From an uncultured Acidobacteriota bacterium (GTDB lineage Bacteria; Acidobacteriota; Thermoanaerobaculia; Multivoradales; DATKCC01), in the NCBI GenBank assembly GCA_963739795.1, contig CAVUBL010000004.1, forward strand, positions 79,328 to 143,327: a DNA stretch of 64,000 bases. Direction: 5' to 3'. The position numbers and the translations under genes were made by a program. The stretch's first letter is position 1; each line of letters opens with the position of its first letter. This document shows positions 61,348 to 64,000 of the stretch, piece by piece. The notes beneath the pieces are model-generated. The model did no database searches and was not told the origin of the DNA. It saw nothing but the letters and a program-made list of their open reading frames with translations.

Positions 61348-61767
61348 ATGCCCCGATCCCGCAATTCCAAGAAGGGCCCGGCCTCGCCCGCCTCCGGCCA
61401 GCGCTTCTACTTCGGGCGCCAGGGGCTGCGCCTGGCGGGGGCGATCTTCGTTTTTCTCGGCGTTCTGGCGCTGGGGGTGACGCCCTTCATGCTCGGCCGC
61501 CTCCAGGGGCTGCTCTCCGGCCTGCTGGCGGTCTGGGGGCTCTCCAACCTGCTCCTCGCCGCCGGCCTCTGGTGGCTGCGGCCCTGGAGCGTCCGCGCCT
61601 TCACCGGCTGGGCGGTGGCGGCGGTCGCCTTCCAGATCGCGTACCAGGCGGCGGTGCGGTTCCTGCCGTGGGGAGTGTTCGCGGTGACCGAGACCGGTTT
61701 CGCCGTGGTCCTGTTCCAGATCGGCCGCTACCTGGCCCACGATCTGGCGGCACTGAGGGTGCGCTGA
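61348..61767 (+). CDS. Small hypothetical membrane protein (4 TM)
   Basis: Four hydrophobic segments; coding-like GC3. Confidence 0.65.
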   Translation: MPRSRNSKKGPASPASGQRFYFGRQGLRLAGAIFVFLGVLALGVTPFMLGRLQGLLSGLLAVWGLSNLLLAAGLWWLRPWSVRAFTGWAVAAVAFQIAYQAAVRFLPWGVFAVTETGFAVVLFQIGRYLAHDLAALRVR

Positions 61768-61856
61768 CCCCGCCGCCGAGAAAGCCACCCGCCCGCGGGC
61801 GTGAGCGCTGGAGCCCGGTCCGACTTCCAGCCGTTTCCGGGCGGCCCGGAAGCTCA

Positions 61857-62016
61857 GAGCTTGTGAATGAATCGCCGGCCGTCACGAGGGCGTTCCCGGG
61901 CGCCCCTCGCAAGGCGGGCCGACGCAGGCGTAGCGGGGACTACGTCGAGGAGGCGTAACGTCGCGAGGGGTGATTCGGGGGCGCCCGCAGTAGGTCGGCG
62001 ATTCATTCACAAGCTC
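61857..62016. mobile_element. MITE-like element, family C (160 bp)
   Basis: 21-bp TIRs GAGCTTGTGAATGAATCGCCG / CGGCGATTCATTCACAAGCTC; abuts family B copy 2. Confidence 0.75.
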
Positions 62017-62291
62017 CTAGGAGTCTGCGCGGCAGAAACACGTAGCCGCGCGCAAGGGTCTGACGGGGTGGATCCAAGGCGCGAGGAGGAGGCGATGCGG
62101 GGACATCGTAGACGACGAGCAACGCCGGAGACACCCCGTAACCCCCTTGCGCCCGAAGGGTTGCGGCGGCGTGGGGCCGTCTACTTCGTTCCCGCTCCTC
62201 GACGATGGCTCGGTATCGCCTGCGTCGCGGTGCCTCGTATCCGACCCCACGGCGCTCGCAACGCGACCGCGCGTTTCTGCCGCGCAGACTC

Positions 62292-62295
<4 letters not shown>
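62017..62295. mobile_element. MITE-like element, family B, copy 2 (279 bp, inverted)
   Basis: Same 23-bp TIRs; 24 bp shorter internally than copy 1. Confidence 0.85.
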
Positions 62296-63050
<755 letters not shown>

Positions 63051-63066
63051 CTCGGTTCCTCGGCCT

Positions 63067-63396
63067 TCATTCCCACGGGATGTCGGGCATGCGGAGCCGC
63101 TCGACGACGGCTCCGCCCCCGACCACGGTGGTCTCCAGGATCTCGTCCACGTCGTCCAGCGTGACGGCCGAGTACCAGACGTTGTGGGGCTGGACCGCCA
63201 CCGTGATGCCGCGGCTGCAGTGCTTGAGGCAGCCGGTGCGGGTGACGATCACCCGGTCGCGCAGACCCAGGGCCCGGACCCGGTCCTTGAACCGGCGATA
63301 GACCTCCAGTCCACCGCGCGGTGCGCAGCTCGGCTTGGCGGCCTCCGGTGGCCGTTCGTTGGTGCAGACCAGGATCTGCGCTTCCGGGGTTGGCAT
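63067..63396 (-). CDS. Thioredoxin-like [2Fe-2S] ferredoxin
   Basis: VCTNER...SC...TGCLKHC, VWY. Confidence 0.88.
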   Translation of the reverse strand: MPTPEAQILVCTNERPPEAAKPSCAPRGGLEVYRRFKDRVRALGLRDRVIVTRTGCLKHCSRGITVAVQPHNVWYSAVTLDDVDEILETTVVGGGAVVERLRMPDIPWE

Positions 63397-63405
63397 GCCT
63401 GTCCG

Positions 63406-64000
63406 CTAGCCGGAGACGTCGAACTCGACGCCCTGGGCGAGCGGCAGGTCCGCGCCCCAGTTGATGGTGTTCGTCTGGCGCCGCATGTAGATCTTCCAGG
63501 CGTCCGAGCCGGCTTCGCGCCCGCCCCCGGTCTCCTTCTCGCCGCCGAACGCCCCGCCGATCTCGGCTCCCGAGGTGGCGATGTTGACGTTGGCGATGCC
63601 GCAGTCGCTGCCGGTGGCGGCGAGGAAGCGCTCCGCCTCCCGGAGATCGAGGGTGAAGATGGCCGAGGAGAGGCCCTGGGGTACGGAGTTGTGGACCTCG
63701 ATCGCCTCGTCGAGGTCGTCGAACTCGAAGACGTAGAGGATCGGGGCGAAGGTTTCCTCGCAGGTGATGGGCATGTGGGGCGTCGCGGCGACCACCGTCG
63801 GCTCCACGTAGAAGCCGGGCCGATCGATCCGGCCGCCGCCGGTGAGGACCTCGCCGCCCTGCTCCTTCAGGGTCTCGATCGCCGCCATCATGTCGTCGAC
63901 CGCCCGCTGGTTGACCAGGGGGCCCATGAGCACGCCGTCCTCCATCGGATCGCCGACGGGGATCGAGCGCGCGGCCTGGATCAGGCGCTCCTTCATCGGT
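63406..64000 (-). CDS. Aldehyde dehydrogenase (ALDH7/antiquitin-like), 5' end outside the window
   Basis: [36 protein letters not shown]. Confidence 0.93.
   Translation of the reverse strand, partial: PMKERLIQAARSIPVGDPMEDGVLMGPLVNQRAVDDMMAAIETLKEQGGEVLTGGGRIDRPGFYVEPTVVAATPHMPITCEETFAPILYVFEFDDLDEAIEVHNSVPQGLSSAIFTLDLREAERFLAATGSDCGIANVNIATSGAEIGGAFGGEKETGGGREAGSDAWKIYMRRQTNTINWGADLPLAQGVEFDVSG

Overview
High-GC bacterial chromosomal window with no rRNA, prophage or intact transposase. It is probably from Acidobacteriota (Thermoanaerobaculia-like); this is inferred from recalled gene families and has not been tested by a search. From left to right: (1) The probable 3' end of cas2, a leader and a type I-G-like CRISPR array (38 exact 36-nt repeats, one degenerate terminal repeat, 38 spacers). 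The 10 leader-proximal spacers are compositionally anomalous. (2) A secreted S8 peptidase. (3) A phosphate locus with phoU, a Na/Pi cotransporter, a second PhoU-like gene, a 2-phosphoglycerate kinase fused to an ApgM-type phosphoglycerate mutase, phoR and phoB. Pho-box-like 11-bp-period repeats and a DnaA-box cluster lie in the same locus. (4) Mostly housekeeping genes: a radical SAM protein, gcvTHPAPB, glnS-YqeY, queA, an MFS transporter, peptide ABC components, two hsp20 genes, rplU-rpmA-obgE-nadD-rsfS, an HD-GYP protein, a DHS-like gene, fatty-acid/CoA genes, thiS, tRNA-Lys, tRNA-Leu, tig-clpP-clpX-lon-engB-rho-mqnA, a DprE1/DprE2-like pair, a degraded secreted-protein gene and a partial ALDH. 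Intergenic DNA carries many small palindromic or MITE-like elements; three have different termini but share a covarying 32-nt core. The best candidates for new biology are the Pho-linked kinase-mutase fusion operon and this shared-core element family. All assignments come from reading motifs by eye; no database searches were run.
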